From: Peptococcaceae bacterium
GTDB taxonomy: Bacteria > Bacillota > Peptococcia > DRI-13 > PHAD01
Direction: 5' to 3'
DNA: 64,000 nt
NCBI GenBank assembly: GCA_040767105.1
Contig: JAXGPE010000007.1
Location: 2,465 to 66,464 of the forward strand
The notes under the pieces: generated by a model
The model's database searches: none
The model's input: the letters and a program-made list of their open reading frames with translations, nothing else
What the model was told of the DNA's origin: nothing
Translations under genes and position numbers: made by a program
Shown here: positions 50,986 to 61,658 of the stretch, piece by piece
Position numbering within the stretch: position 1 is the first letter of the stretch
How the letters are laid out: every line of letters starts with the position of its first letter

Positions 50986-52167
50986 ATGATCGAAGCCGAT
51001 CGTCTGGCTAGACTCCAGCCGGGAATCTTTTCGGAAATAAATCTACAAATCAGGGAAAGCTCAGGACGAGGACACGAAATAATCGACCTGAGTGTTGGCA
51101 GCCCGGATATGCCTCCGCCAAAACATGTCAAACAAGTGCTGATCGATTCTGTTGCAGAAGACTCCAATTATGGTTATACTCTGACCGAGGGGATACAAGA
51201 GCTTAAGCTTGCTGTCGCCTCATGGTATGCAAAAAAATACTCCGTAAATCCGGACCCCGACAAAGAAATCCTTTCTTTAATGGGTTCACAGGATGGCTTA
51301 TCCCACCTGTTTTTAGCGCTCATTAACGATGGCGAGACCGTTCTTGTTCCTGACCCAGGTTATCCTATATATTTTGCCGGTCCGCTTTTGGCTGGGGCAG
51401 TTCTTTATAAAATGCCACTTTTGGCCAGTAATGATTTTCTGCCTGACTTTGCTGCCATCCCTACCGAAGTGTGCAAAAAAGCACGGATCATGATCCTGAA
51501 CTATCCGAGCAACCCTCACGCTGCTACAGCTTCAATGGGTTTTTTTCAACAAGCGGTCGATTTTGCAAAGGAATATGACATAAAGATTTGTCATGATTTT
51601 GCCTATTCTGAATTGTCTTATGACGGTTTTAAAAATACCAGTTTCCTTCAAGTTCAAGGATCATTTGATGTTGGCGTTGAATTCCATTCGATATCAAAGA
51701 CATTTAACCTAGCCGGGTGTCGTCTGGGATTTGTTGTGGGAAATGCAGAAATGATCGATGCCTTGCGTAAACTAAAAAGTAATATCGACTATGGTATTTT
51801 TCGTCCTGTGCAGCTGGCAGCTGTCGCTGCGTTGAATGGTTCGGAAGAATGCGTAACAAAAAACGCTATGGCCTATCAAGCTCGCCGTGATGTTTTGATC
51901 GATGTTTTGGCTAAATACGGTTGGTCAATTCCTAAACCAATGGCATCAATGTTTATTTGGGCAAAAATACCTGAAGGTTTCTCTTCTTCCTCGTCCTTCT
52001 GCCGTGAATTGTTGCAGGAAACCGGTGTAGCTATCGTTCCAGGCAATGCATTCGGTGAACATGGTGAGGGTTATGTCCGCATCGGTCTTGTTAAAGATGC
52101 ATCCACCCTTTATGAAGCCGGAAAACGCGTTGGCCTTTTTCTTTTGAAATATAAAACGGGGGCATAG
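50986..52167 (+). CDS. PLP-dependent class I/II aminotransferase (LL-DAP aminotransferase-like)
   Basis: GSQDGL, DPGYP, LNYPSNP, HDFAY, SISKTFNLAGCRLG. Confidence 0.9.
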   Translation: MIEADRLARLQPGIFSEINLQIRESSGRGHEIIDLSVGSPDMPPPKHVKQVLIDSVAEDSNYGYTLTEGIQELKLAVASWYAKKYSVNPDPDKEILSLMGSQDGLSHLFLALINDGETVLVPDPGYPIYFAGPLLAGAVLYKMPLLASNDFLPDFAAIPTEVCKKARIMILNYPSNPHAATASMGFFQQAVDFAKEYDIKICHDFAYSELSYDGFKNTSFLQVQGSFDVGVEFHSISKTFNLAGCRLGFVVGNAEMIDALRKLKSNIDYGIFRPVQLAAVAALNGSEECVTKNAMAYQARRDVLIDVLAKYGWSIPKPMASMFIWAKIPEGFSSSSSFCRELLQETGVAIVPGNAFGEHGEGYVRIGLVKDASTLYEAGKRVGLFLLKYKTGA

Positions 52168-52170
52168 TAT

Positions 52171-52851
52171 ATGTCAAAAGAAACTGATTTATCATTGATC
52201 CACGACTCTTCACTGCGCCATAAAATTTTAAAGTACATCAAGGCACAGATAATAACTGGTGTCTACAAACCTGGTGAGAGTTTGGTTGAATCTAAGCTAG
52301 CCGAAGAACTTGGCGTCAGTCGCACTCCTATTCGCGAGGCCGTCCGTTTACTAGAACAGGAAGGCCTTTTGGAGGCTACACCAAATAAAGGAGCGGTTGT
52401 CGTAGGTATATCAAGCAAGGATGTCCAAGACATATATGATATACGCCAGCTGGTCGAAGGTCTTGCAGCTCGCTGGGCAGCAGAACGCATCAGCGATAGT
52501 GAAAAGAAGGAACTGCAGAAGCTTTTTGACCTTATGGAGTTTTACGCAAAACGCGGAGATTTTGACGAAGTAGCAAACCTTGATAATCAATTCCACCATA
52601 TAATTTATGAAGCATCCGGCAGCAAGATACTTAATCTCACGCTCAGCAATCTTCACCAATATATTCAACTTGCACGAATGGAATCGCTGCAAATACCTGC
52701 CCGCCTTGACAAAACTCTTTGTGAACATCGCGCTATACTTCAGAGTCTGCTTGAAAATAAAGCGAACGAGGCAGAGCAAGCTGTTTCCGACCATGTGCGG
52801 AAGGCGTATTTAAACATTAAAAAAAGGATGGAAGATAAAAAAGACTCGTGA
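52171..52851 (+). CDS. GntR/FCD family transcriptional regulator
   Basis: LAEELGVSRTPIREA; DNQFH; EHRAI. Confidence 0.93.
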   Translation: MSKETDLSLIHDSSLRHKILKYIKAQIITGVYKPGESLVESKLAEELGVSRTPIREAVRLLEQEGLLEATPNKGAVVVGISSKDVQDIYDIRQLVEGLAARWAAERISDSEKKELQKLFDLMEFYAKRGDFDEVANLDNQFHHIIYEASGSKILNLTLSNLHQYIQLARMESLQIPARLDKTLCEHRAILQSLLENKANEAEQAVSDHVRKAYLNIKKRMEDKKDS

Positions 52852-52872
52852 CCCAAAGGTCACGAGTCTTTT
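52839..52872. terminator. Bidirectional terminator between two convergent GntR genes
   Basis: AAAAGACTCGTGACC-CAAA-GGTCACGAGTCTTTT. Confidence 0.85.
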
Positions 52873-53641
52873 ATTTCTGATAACTTATGACTTCCAGCAA
52901 CGCAGCTTTTGCACTTTCAATGTGCTCTTTCGCCGCTTTCCGTGCCGCCTCCGAATCACGATTGATTATTGCTTCAATTACTTTATTATGCTCTTCATGA
53001 GCAAATTTCATTCTTCCCGGTACAGCCAATGTTGTTGTTCTAAATCTCTGTACCTGTTCCCGCAAGTCTTTGACCATTGCTAACAATCTCTTGTTTTTTG
53101 ATGCTTTGAAAATCAATTCGTGTAATTTCGTATCCTCTTCAATAGTTTTTATTAGATCGCTGCTTCCAAAAATATCAGCCTCATATTCCATTGCAGCCCT
53201 TAATTCATTGATGTCTTCGTCGGTCGCTCTTAAAGCAGCCAAACTGGCCGCCAAAGACTCCAGCTCGGATCTTATCTCAAATACTTCGTTAATATCTTTA
53301 CTGGATAAACCAGCTACATAAGCACCTTTGCGCGGCTGAATTGTTACATAGCCTTCCATTTCCAATCTTCGAATGGCTTCTCTGACGGGAGTCCGGCTCA
53401 CGCCTATTTCATCAGCCAAATCAGTATCCCGAAGTCTCTCTCCTGGCTTCAGATCCTGGTTGACGATAGCATCCCGCAGCGACTCATAAACCATTTCACC
53501 CAAGGGCCTAAATGAATCGAGCTTTATCTTCAGGGAAGTTCTTTCTTCCAAGGATATCTCCTCCAATCTTGCTTTGATATCTTCTAAATAATAATTTCCA
53601 TGCGCAACATAATTCAACGTTCTTTTAACCAAGACTTGCAC
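52871..53641 (-). CDS. GntR/FCD family transcriptional regulator (true start probably near 53563)
   Basis: LDSFRPLGEMVYESLR, GVSRTPVREA, EEHNKV. Confidence 0.9.
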   Translation of the reverse strand: MQVLVKRTLNYVAHGNYYLEDIKARLEEISLEERTSLKIKLDSFRPLGEMVYESLRDAIVNQDLKPGERLRDTDLADEIGVSRTPVREAIRRLEMEGYVTIQPRKGAYVAGLSSKDINEVFEIRSELESLAASLAALRATDEDINELRAAMEYEADIFGSSDLIKTIEEDTKLHELIFKASKNKRLLAMVKDLREQVQRFRTTTLAVPGRMKFAHEEHNKVIEAIINRDSEAARKAAKEHIESAKAALLEVISYQK

Positions 53642-53850
53642 TTGGGCAAGCTCATCCTAATTATAAATGAATACTAATATAAAAACAAATTTGTAACAAT
53701 TACTACTTCTTTAGCATAATTATTATATCTTTCTATATTCTTTTTTAAATATTTATATTTCTTAAATTCTTGTCTTTACATATTTATCATATTTTCATCA
53801 AATTAAATTTACATAATTTCATATACTCCATTTAATATAGTCCGTTCATG

Positions 53851-53889
53851 ATAATAATAAGGGGACCATAAAGGTCTCCTTATTATTAT
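53851..53889 (-). terminator. Probable terminator after the Mrp gene
   Basis: ATAATAATAAGGGGACC...GGTCTCCTTATTATTAT. Confidence 0.65.
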
Positions 53890-54713
53890 CATGATAGTCT
53901 TGAAATTAATATATCCAAGTCAATATATTCTATATCCGCTGCCTTACCGCTTTGTCCGGCATCTCCGCTAATGCTGATCTCCGACTTTAGAGGGACCTTT
54001 CCCAGTAAAGGTATTTCTAGTTCATCAGCTAATATTTCTGCCTTCCCTTCACCAAACGGATGGAATATCCGTTCGCATTCTGCACATTCAAAATAGCTCA
54101 TGTTTTCAATTATCCCTAAAATAGGAACGTCCATTTTGCGAGTCATCTTGACCGCTTTTTTGACCACCATAACAGCCAGATCCTGAGGAGAAGTCACTAT
54201 AACCGCACCGCTGAGAGGTAATGCCTGCATTACCGTTAACGGAGCATCTCCAGTACCGGGTGGTAAATCTACGATCAAAAAATCCAGATCTCCCCATATT
54301 ACCTCCTCCCAAAACTGCTTTATTACCCCGGAAATCACTGGCCCTCTCCAAATAACCGGTTCATCTTCGTTTTCCAGCAGTAAATTGATCGACATTATCT
54401 CAATTCCCTCATCACTGGTTAGAGGCAGCAGCCCAAATTCAGTGACCTGTGGATCACCCTTGGTCCCAAAGAGCTTAGGGATACTTGGACCGGTTATGTC
54501 TGCATCAAGTATCCCCACTTTATAACCTTTGTTGTTTAAACCTGAGGCAAGCATTGCGGTGACAGTCGATTTTCCGACTCCCCCTTTACCGCTTACCACG
54601 GCAATCACATGCTTGATATCATTCAATTCGGATGCTTTAGGCTGGTTTCCTGCCGCACAATTACTATTTCCCATTTCAGCACAGCCGCTGCACATTCCGT
54701 TACATTCAGTCAT
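53889..54713 (-). CDS. Mrp/NBP35 family Fe-S cluster carrier ATPase
   Basis: N-terminal CxxxCxxC; GKGGVGKS, DADITGPS, DLPPGTGD, ENMSYFECAEC. Confidence 0.93.
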   Translation of the reverse strand: MTECNGMCSGCAEMGNSNCAAGNQPKASELNDIKHVIAVVSGKGGVGKSTVTAMLASGLNNKGYKVGILDADITGPSIPKLFGTKGDPQVTEFGLLPLTSDEGIEIMSINLLLENEDEPVIWRGPVISGVIKQFWEEVIWGDLDFLIVDLPPGTGDAPLTVMQALPLSGAVIVTSPQDLAVMVVKKAVKMTRKMDVPILGIIENMSYFECAECERIFHPFGEGKAEILADELEIPLLGKVPLKSEISISGDAGQSGKAADIEYIDLDILISRLS

Positions 54714-54777
54714 CTATTGACCACCTCCATTGATATGTCTAAGAAAGCTTCCATTTTTAAATATTTCAGATAAAAAC

Positions 54778-55950
54778 TCATTTCATATGCTTATTAATTC
54801 TTTCCTCTGACCAACCTAAGACATTTTTCAATATTTCTCGCGTGTGTTCTCCTAAGATAGGAGATGGTTTGCTCACTTCTCCCGGTGTAAGTGAAAGTTT
54901 GATGGGGTTCCCAGCCACTCTTATTTTTCCTGCCTTGGAGTGTTCCAATTCAACAATCATATCCCGAGCATTGATCTGCGGATCATTCACAACTTTATCG
55001 ACCGTATTTATTACTCCAACCGGGTGTCCTGCTTCATTTAACAAGTCTACCCACTGATCTGTTGTCTTCGTTTTTGTTATCGAAGCAATGATCTCTTCCA
55101 ATTCATCCACATGTTCAATCCTGTCTTTGTTTGTTTTGAAGCGAGGGTCATTCCGAAAATCATCCATGCCTAAAACACGGCAAAATTTCTCCCACAATGC
55201 ATCATTTCCACACGGTATGATAACATAGTAATCTTTGGTCGGGAATCCTTGGAACGGGGCAATTGATGGATGGCGCGTACCTATGGGCCCGGGTACCTTC
55301 CCGGTCACTTCATAACGGGCTATAGCATTTTCAAGAATTGCGACTTGGGAATCAAGCATAGCCACATCGACTTTTTGACCTAAGCCAGTTTTATTGCGGA
55401 CATTTAAGGCCAATAGAATACCAATTGTTCCAAAAAGAGCTGCAGTAATGTCTCCGATAGAAGTTCCGACTCTTACCGGCGGTCCTCCGGGCTCCCCGGT
55501 TATGCTCATCAATCCGCTCATGGCTTGAGCGAGCATATCATATGCTGCTCTCTTGCTGTAAGGCCCAGTGTGCCCAAATCCTGATATGCCGGCGTAAATG
55601 ATTTTCGGATTGGCAAGCTTAATATCTTCATATCCCATACCCAATTTTTCCATTGTTCCTGGCCTGAAATTTTCGACTATAATATCTGATTCTTTAATTA
55701 ACTCCCAAAATATTTTCATGTCCTCTTCTTTTTTAAAATCCAGAACCACGCTTTTTTTACCGCGATTTATACTCATGAAATAAGCGCTTTCTTCTCCGAT
55801 AAAAGGGGAAAAGGCACGAGCATCGTCACCTTCGCCCGGTCTTTCAATTTTTACTATTTCTGCTCCCATGTCCGCCAATAACATTGTACAATAGGGTCCA
55901 GCCAAGACTCTGCTTAAATCCAGGACACGAATCCCTTCCAAAGGTTTCAT
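54778..55950 (-). CDS. Family III CoA-transferase (CaiB/BaiF)
   Basis: DLSRVLAGPYC, NRGKKS, ENFRPG, GFGHTGPY, GDITA. Confidence 0.93.
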   Translation of the reverse strand: MKPLEGIRVLDLSRVLAGPYCTMLLADMGAEIVKIERPGEGDDARAFSPFIGEESAYFMSINRGKKSVVLDFKKEEDMKIFWELIKESDIIVENFRPGTMEKLGMGYEDIKLANPKIIYAGISGFGHTGPYSKRAAYDMLAQAMSGLMSITGEPGGPPVRVGTSIGDITAALFGTIGILLALNVRNKTGLGQKVDVAMLDSQVAILENAIARYEVTGKVPGPIGTRHPSIAPFQGFPTKDYYVIIPCGNDALWEKFCRVLGMDDFRNDPRFKTNKDRIEHVDELEEIIASITKTKTTDQWVDLLNEAGHPVGVINTVDKVVNDPQINARDMIVELEHSKAGKIRVAGNPIKLSLTPGEVSKPSPILGEHTREILKNVLGWSEERINKHMK

Positions 55951-56101
55951 CAGGTATTACCTCCTCAAAGTTGAATGCTTGATTTAAACTAATTACAAAA
56001 TTAAGTATACCATTATTGATGAGCTTTGCTTCATAAGTTAAGACAAGTTAATCAGATTAAAACAAATAAACAATAGAGGTTATTCTTTATTATTGTAAGC
56101 T

Positions 56102-57007
56102 CTATTGTTCACTCATTTTATTTTTTTTATACCATGCCAATGCCTTTATTATAAGAATATCGCTAATTAGAAGAGCTACGAAAAGATAAATCCCCAAATC
56201 CTTAAGGTAACGCTCCTGAACAGTTTTTTTAAGCAGCAAAACAATTAATGCCTGAATACAAAAAAACGTAACGATTTCTTTCCAATTTTCGAACACATCA
56301 TTGATCATATTTTCAAAACCGGCGATTTTTATCAAAGGCTTTTTCGTTTGTGTTTTTGGAGGATTTGATTCTACGGTAAAAAGTCTATAGTTATTATTGT
56401 TTATTATAATTGGTACTGGCAGTTTTTCTGTGTTTTTGATAATAAATGAAAATTTTTTCGCCGCAACCCTTAAATCAATGTCATTATCCTTATCAAATTC
56501 GTTATGCCAGTACTCTTCTAATTCTCGGAAAAGGCTGCTTCCTTTTATTTCTATATTCTTTTTTAGATAGTTCATGATCTGCAGTATCATCCCTTTTTTG
56601 CTATCAATTCTTTCATGATGTTCAAGCAAAGGGATGTAAACAAGATATATTTGTTTTTGTTTTAAATCATAAAACATGAGATCAATATCCAGTATAAATC
56701 CATCAGCTGGCAATAAAAGTTCTCCAGCTTCTTGGATTATATCCTCAATCGCTTCAAATAATCTTAATAAATCTGCAACTGTTCCCATCTGTTCAAGAAT
56801 AATATTTACGGGTTCTAATCCTTCATAAAAGATATGTAATTCGATTCTTCCGTTTAATACTATTTTCTTGATCTTCAATATCCCGGGAATATGATTATGT
56901 TCAAGCATTTTTAAACGATAGTCAATGATTTGAGCATTTTCTGGGAAACGAAAAATTATTTTTCCCTTTGCCTCGAACTTATTATATTGGATCATTCTAT
57001 GCTGCAC
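56102..57007 (-). CDS. DUF6382-like protein of clostridial tad loci, with two C-terminal TM helices and no FHA domain
   Basis: IDYRLKMLEHNHIPGIL...EAGELLL...IYLVYIP; last gene of the tad locus. Confidence 0.65.
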   Translation of the reverse strand: MQHRMIQYNKFEAKGKIIFRFPENAQIIDYRLKMLEHNHIPGILKIKKIVLNGRIELHIFYEGLEPVNIILEQMGTVADLLRLFEAIEDIIQEAGELLLPADGFILDIDLMFYDLKQKQIYLVYIPLLEHHERIDSKKGMILQIMNYLKKNIEIKGSSLFRELEEYWHNEFDKDNDIDLRVAAKKFSFIIKNTEKLPVPIIINNNNYRLFTVESNPPKTQTKKPLIKIAGFENMINDVFENWKEIVTFFCIQALIVLLLKKTVQERYLKDLGIYLFVALLISDILIIKALAWYKKNKMSEQ

Positions 57008-57016
57008 TTCTATCTC

Positions 57017-57796
57017 CTACAACCCAGGCGGACAACATATTTTACAGGCTTGATATTTCTTTTCAGCCTCTTCAAGCAATATAGGCATCCTGCTTTTGCG
57101 CAAATAACGGCATCCGCTGAGATGGTATTTTTCCCCTGTTTTTGTTATATAAACAACTGCCATCTTTTGTTCAGCATTTTTATAAAAAAATTTTTTTCGT
57201 TATTATCCGTATAATTACCATTACTACCGTTCAGCCAGGCTTTTTCAACTGAAGCTTTTGTATTTCTATTGTTTTATTGCCAATAAAAGGTAGCGTGATA
57301 TTCATGCTGCAGCTGGCTTTCAGAACTACATCATCCGTCCTGAAATGTTTTTCATCAGGCATTTTCATTAGCAGCTTTATTAAGCACTTTCGGTAGTGAT
57401 CATTTTTTTAGGAAGCTGTATAAAGCATATATTAAGATCCTTTCTTTTTAGTACTCCGTCTTCAAGATGTTTCTGCATAAGCATATTTGCCCACTTGCGG
57501 CCACCGTTTTCCAGCAATGATCTCATAGTCTTTTTATAGTTTTGTGTATCGTCCGGATCACGCTGCATTAAACCATCTGCTTTATTTTCTTCTTCGAGTA
57601 GTGACAGAGGATATGCGTAGGCTGCTATTTCTTTGCCTGTTTCTTTTATGACGTGGTTTAGAGCGCTTTGTATACATATTGCCTGCAACGCGTAAAGAAA
57701 CAGTAATGTAATAAACAAGAATACCGGTAACACGACCGCAAATTCTATTGTAAATGATCCTGATTCACTGCCTTTTTTTCTTGTCATCCTATTCAT
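57017..57796 (-). CDS. TadE-like pseudopilin with a small C-terminal Cys motif (frameshifted)
   Basis: GSFTIEFAVVLPVF prepilin-like motif; C-terminus ...LRKSRMPILLEEAERKYQACKICCPPGL. Confidence 0.7.
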
Positions 57797-57821
57797 GATT
57801 GTTTGACTTTTCTTTGTTGCA

Positions 57822-59195
57822 TCAATATTCCATATGTTTTTGAGAGCTTATTTCAATTTTTCTCGATCCGGGGACAAACCAAAGATCGATTGTTGCTGAA
57901 ACTTCCGCGGTATATGATTCAAAATAATCCACTAGGCTAAATCCTTCCTCGTGATTTCTTCTTATACTAGATTGTATTAGTTCTCTAGCCCTGTTTAATT
58001 GCACTTCCTCCGCTTGGATAAGCAAGAATACTCGTAAATAATCACTATAACTCAAAGAAATACATTCTTTAGCCGGTAAAAATTGTACTTTTTCCCTTCG
58101 TAAATATCAGCAGTTTCATTATTTGCTTTGCTGATACCTATAAAAACCGCCTGTGCCAAACGGATCGCTGGAGAAGCGGCTTCCGATTTGATGAAATTTT
58201 CTGCGCTGTTGACCGCGAAACGTATAAGCCAAATGCGGCTGAATACTTCAAGAATATTTTCTTTCTCTGACAAATTTCCACATAATATATATTCAATTTC
58301 TCCTAATTCAAAATAATGCTCCCGCTTTGTTGATGAGGTTATATAAGTGTACTTATCCAGAATATATTCGGCGATGGATATTTTCTCCCAGCCTTTCCCG
58401 GTTAAGTTGCTGATGTTTTTCTTAAGAGTATTTATTTGTTCCGAAATGATCGATCCCTGCTCTTGTGTTTTTCGCAAAGATAATACTATCATTTCCTTTT
58501 CGAGCAATTCTTTATCAATTTTGTAAATAGAACTTTTTGTCTGCTTTTCTTCTATTTGTATTTGCTCTTGGACACAAAGGTTTTTATAGATCAAATCTTG
58601 TTCATTCATATTTTTGTAATTAATTCATTCTTTAGACACCTTTAACACATCAGCAATTTTTTCGCAAAATGATTGTTCTTCATCTGAAGAATATTCTTCC
58701 TGAGAATAATTCGAATCCATCTCACCATCTAAAATGCTCAGGTAATTTTCATCCAATAAAGATGAGGCATCTCTCAACTGTAATTATTATTTTTTCCGCC
58801 GCGTTCAAAATTTTTTGCATGCAACGTATAATTTGTTTTTTAAATACCTTATTTTCAGTAATACTTGAATTTTGATCAGGAAAAATTTTCACATGCAAAT
58901 CTGTAAAGTTAATAAATCTGATTTTTTCATTTTCTGGGTAAAGATTAAGTCTCAAATAATGCTCGATTAAGGCTTTTTCGTTATTATTTGCATATAAGCC
59001 ATATTCTGCCGACATGACCTCGTGACAAGACGCAAATGATGATCTAAGTGCTGTTTCAAGAGATTCTCCTAATTCTTGGTAAGCAGCAAATATTCTGGCT
59101 ATATCCAGCAACACTCCCGAAAATATCACAAGTGCAAAAAGCACAATAAGCAAAAAGACGGTAACAGAACCTGCTTCACCTCTTAATGATCTCAA
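57822..59195 (-). CDS. DUF5702/TadG-like pseudopilin (fragmented into three or more ORFs)
   Basis: GSVTVFLLIVL...LLDIAR; EYILDKY...GEIEYILCG; SYSDYLRVFL. Confidence 0.7.
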
Positions 59196-59758
59196 AATTC
59201 TTTGCTCCGGATTTTTTTATTCAAAATTTCAAGTGTTAAGTCTATGTTTTGAATATATTCCAAAGGTTTGGACAATACTGAAATGCTCGAAGAGTTTATC
59301 ACAAATTTATCTTGTCCAAATACTGCTGCTCCAAGTTTACCAAAAGGAATCAAAATATCCATTGAAAAGCAAGTTTTCACCGTCTGATCAATGAACCCAT
59401 TTTCTGTTTCAATCAAGACCTTTGTTTCATTAGGATAAATAAACATCCTTTCTATTTTATTATCAATAATATAATCATGGCATGAAACATTCTTTGTTTC
59501 AGGAAATACACTCTTATTTTGCTCGAGAAATATTTCAGTCTCTAATATCACCTCTGTATTGATCTTTTCTTGCCTTTTGACCATACTTGCGGCTTCGCAG
59601 GCATTTTGAATCGAAATGAAATTTAGCATGTTTTTATTGTGTAAAATACTATAAGCAAAGAGTGTACAACAAAAGCAGATAAAAAACATCGTGAATACTA
59701 TAGTAAGCTCAACAGTTACACTTCCTTCTTCTTCGCTACACTTAAGACTTACGTTCAT
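59192..59758 (-). CDS. TadE-like pseudopilin
   Basis: EEGSVTVELTIVF; C-terminal PLEYIQNID. Confidence 0.7.
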   Translation of the reverse strand: MNVSLKCSEEEGSVTVELTIVFTMFFICFCCTLFAYSILHNKNMLNFISIQNACEAASMVKRQEKINTEVILETEIFLEQNKSVFPETKNVSCHDYIIDNKIERMFIYPNETKVLIETENGFIDQTVKTCFSMDILIPFGKLGAAVFGQDKFVINSSSISVLSKPLEYIQNIDLTLEILNKKIRSKEF

Positions 59759-59955
59759 TACATTGAGCCAAGCGGATTTTGTTTTACACTGCCAAGCTCG
59801 TCTCCAAATATATTAGTCATTATTGTATGCACAAAATCAAAAATATAGTGACGAAATATTAAAGCTATACCTACAAGAACTGCTAATATTATAACCATTT
59901 CTACAGTTCCAAGCCCCTTCTCGTTATCGATATTTCTTTTTATCCAGAAATACAT
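59758..59955 (-). CDS. Flp1-family type IVb pilin
   Basis: NEKG/LGTVEMVIILAVLVGIALIFR. Confidence 0.88.
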   Translation of the reverse strand: MYFWIKRNIDNEKGLGTVEMVIILAVLVGIALIFRHYIFDFVHTIMTNIFGDELGSVKQNPLGSM

Positions 59956-59970
59956 TTTTTCACCTCCTAT

Positions 59971-60804
59971 TTATCCTAAACCGTAGTTTTTTATTGAAAT
60001 AACCGCTGGAGCCACTGCGATAATAAAAACCGCAATAAGAATTATGACCAGAGGTAGAATCATTTTCGTTGAGGCCTCTTCTCCCGCTCTTTTTACCTCC
60101 GCCTTCCTGTTTTCCCAACACTCTGTCGACTGGATACGGAGTATTGGCAATAGTTCTGCATTACCTTTCCTAATGTTTTGTAATATTGCCGTAATAAATT
60201 TGTTAGCTTCCGCTGTTCTGCATTTCTTCGCAAAGCTCTCATAGGCTTGGACAATAGGTTTCCCTGATTGTATTTCCGTCAGGCAAACATAGATTTCCCT
60301 GTAAAGAGGTGACTCTTTCCCTCTGCCACAGGCTATTTTCTCCCAGGCTACTATTGTTGGGATGCCCGTACTGAGAAGTAATACCATTTTATTCATAAAT
60401 TCGGGGAATCCTCTTCTTATAGAATTGCGTCTGCGCTTAACACTGTTCATAATTTCAACATCCGGTGCGATGAAGAGTGTAATACATATACCTACTCCAA
60501 AAAATATCGTTGCTAAATCCAAGTGACCATAAATCAGTAAACATAGCGTAAATAGGATCAAGCCGAAAATACCGTAAATTATGCGAAAAGCATTGTGGAT
60601 CAAAAGTTGTTGATTTACATCATTTTTCCCTGATAGTTCCAACAAATAACACCTTAAATGCTTGTTGATATATATTTTTTTATTTAAACCGATCCTTTTT
60701 TCCAGATAAATTCCTAGCGGCAATAATTTCACCAGTGAGTAAGCCTCATAGTTTGTATTTGGCTTGATTTGGCAAAACTCTTTTGTATATTCCGAATATT
60801 TCAT
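59971..60804 (-). CDS. TadC-like type II secretion F-family platform protein
   Basis: FPEFMNKMVLLLSTG, QNIRKGN, GEEASTKMILP. Confidence 0.85.
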   Translation of the reverse strand: MKYSEYTKEFCQIKPNTNYEAYSLVKLLPLGIYLEKRIGLNKKIYINKHLRCYLLELSGKNDVNQQLLIHNAFRIIYGIFGLILFTLCLLIYGHLDLATIFFGVGICITLFIAPDVEIMNSVKRRRNSIRRGFPEFMNKMVLLLSTGIPTIVAWEKIACGRGKESPLYREIYVCLTEIQSGKPIVQAYESFAKKCRTAEANKFITAILQNIRKGNAELLPILRIQSTECWENRKAEVKRAGEEASTKMILPLVIILIAVFIIAVAPAVISIKNYGLG

Positions 60805-61655
60805 ACCTCTATATCCATGATTTTTCGGGCAATTTGCCACGCGGCGATAAGCAAAACAAGCGCGGTCGTCATTGCTATAAGCCCTGCTTCAGTTTCAAAT
60901 ACAGGTTTCATATAACCTCCTGCACAATAAGTGAAAATGCCTATTAAAAAAATGGGCATGACACTTAGAACTTTGTATTCAAGTTTGCGTTGCGCAAGAA
61001 CAATCATTATTTCTTCCTTGATACGCAGCTTCTCCCCGATTATTCCCGCAGCATTTATTATTATTTCGACCATATCACCTCCGTTTCTTTTGCCTGTAAT
61101 AAAAGCCTCAGCAAAATTGCGGATATCTTCTGATAAACTTCTTTGAGCAAAATCTTCTAAGCTCTCTTCGATTGGAACATTCATTTCAATTTGTGTTTTT
61201 ATGATCATAAATTCTCTTATTATGTCCGTTTCAGGGTCAGGATATATCATACATAATTCTTGGGCTGCCTCTTTAAAGGCATTTTCAACAGATTTACCTG
61301 CAGATACAGAAGCAGAGATCGTGTATAACGCATCCCGGAATTGCATATTCAGTTGGTGATTTCTCACATCTAGTAAACTTCTGCATTTTATTTTCGGGTA
61401 AAATACAGCAGTTATTGAAAATATCGCTGCGATCTTTGTATTATGATAAAACAAGTAACCAAGACCAAAAAGAAAAACAGCGGCTTCTGTTAAGTAAAGT
61501 GCCTTGGCTTTTTTCCCCATTATGTATACACTATAGTCTTTTTTGAAATTTTCTTTTTGCTTCAAATGATTCTTGCCAAAATGCTTCTCAAACAAAATCT
61601 TTATAAATATTATCAGTATCGACAAAATAGCTGCGCAAAAAACTATTGTGATCAT
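60801..61655 (-). CDS. TadB-like type II secretion F-family platform protein
   Basis: QFRDALYTISASVSAGKSVENAF, FAQRS, GGDMVEII. Confidence 0.85.
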   Translation of the reverse strand: MITIVFCAAILSILIIFIKILFEKHFGKNHLKQKENFKKDYSVYIMGKKAKALYLTEAAVFLFGLGYLFYHNTKIAAIFSITAVFYPKIKCRSLLDVRNHQLNMQFRDALYTISASVSAGKSVENAFKEAAQELCMIYPDPETDIIREFMIIKTQIEMNVPIEESLEDFAQRSLSEDIRNFAEAFITGKRNGGDMVEIIINAAGIIGEKLRIKEEIMIVLAQRKLEYKVLSVMPIFLIGIFTYCAGGYMKPVFETEAGLIAMTTALVLLIAAWQIARKIMDIEV

Positions 61656-61658
61656 CTT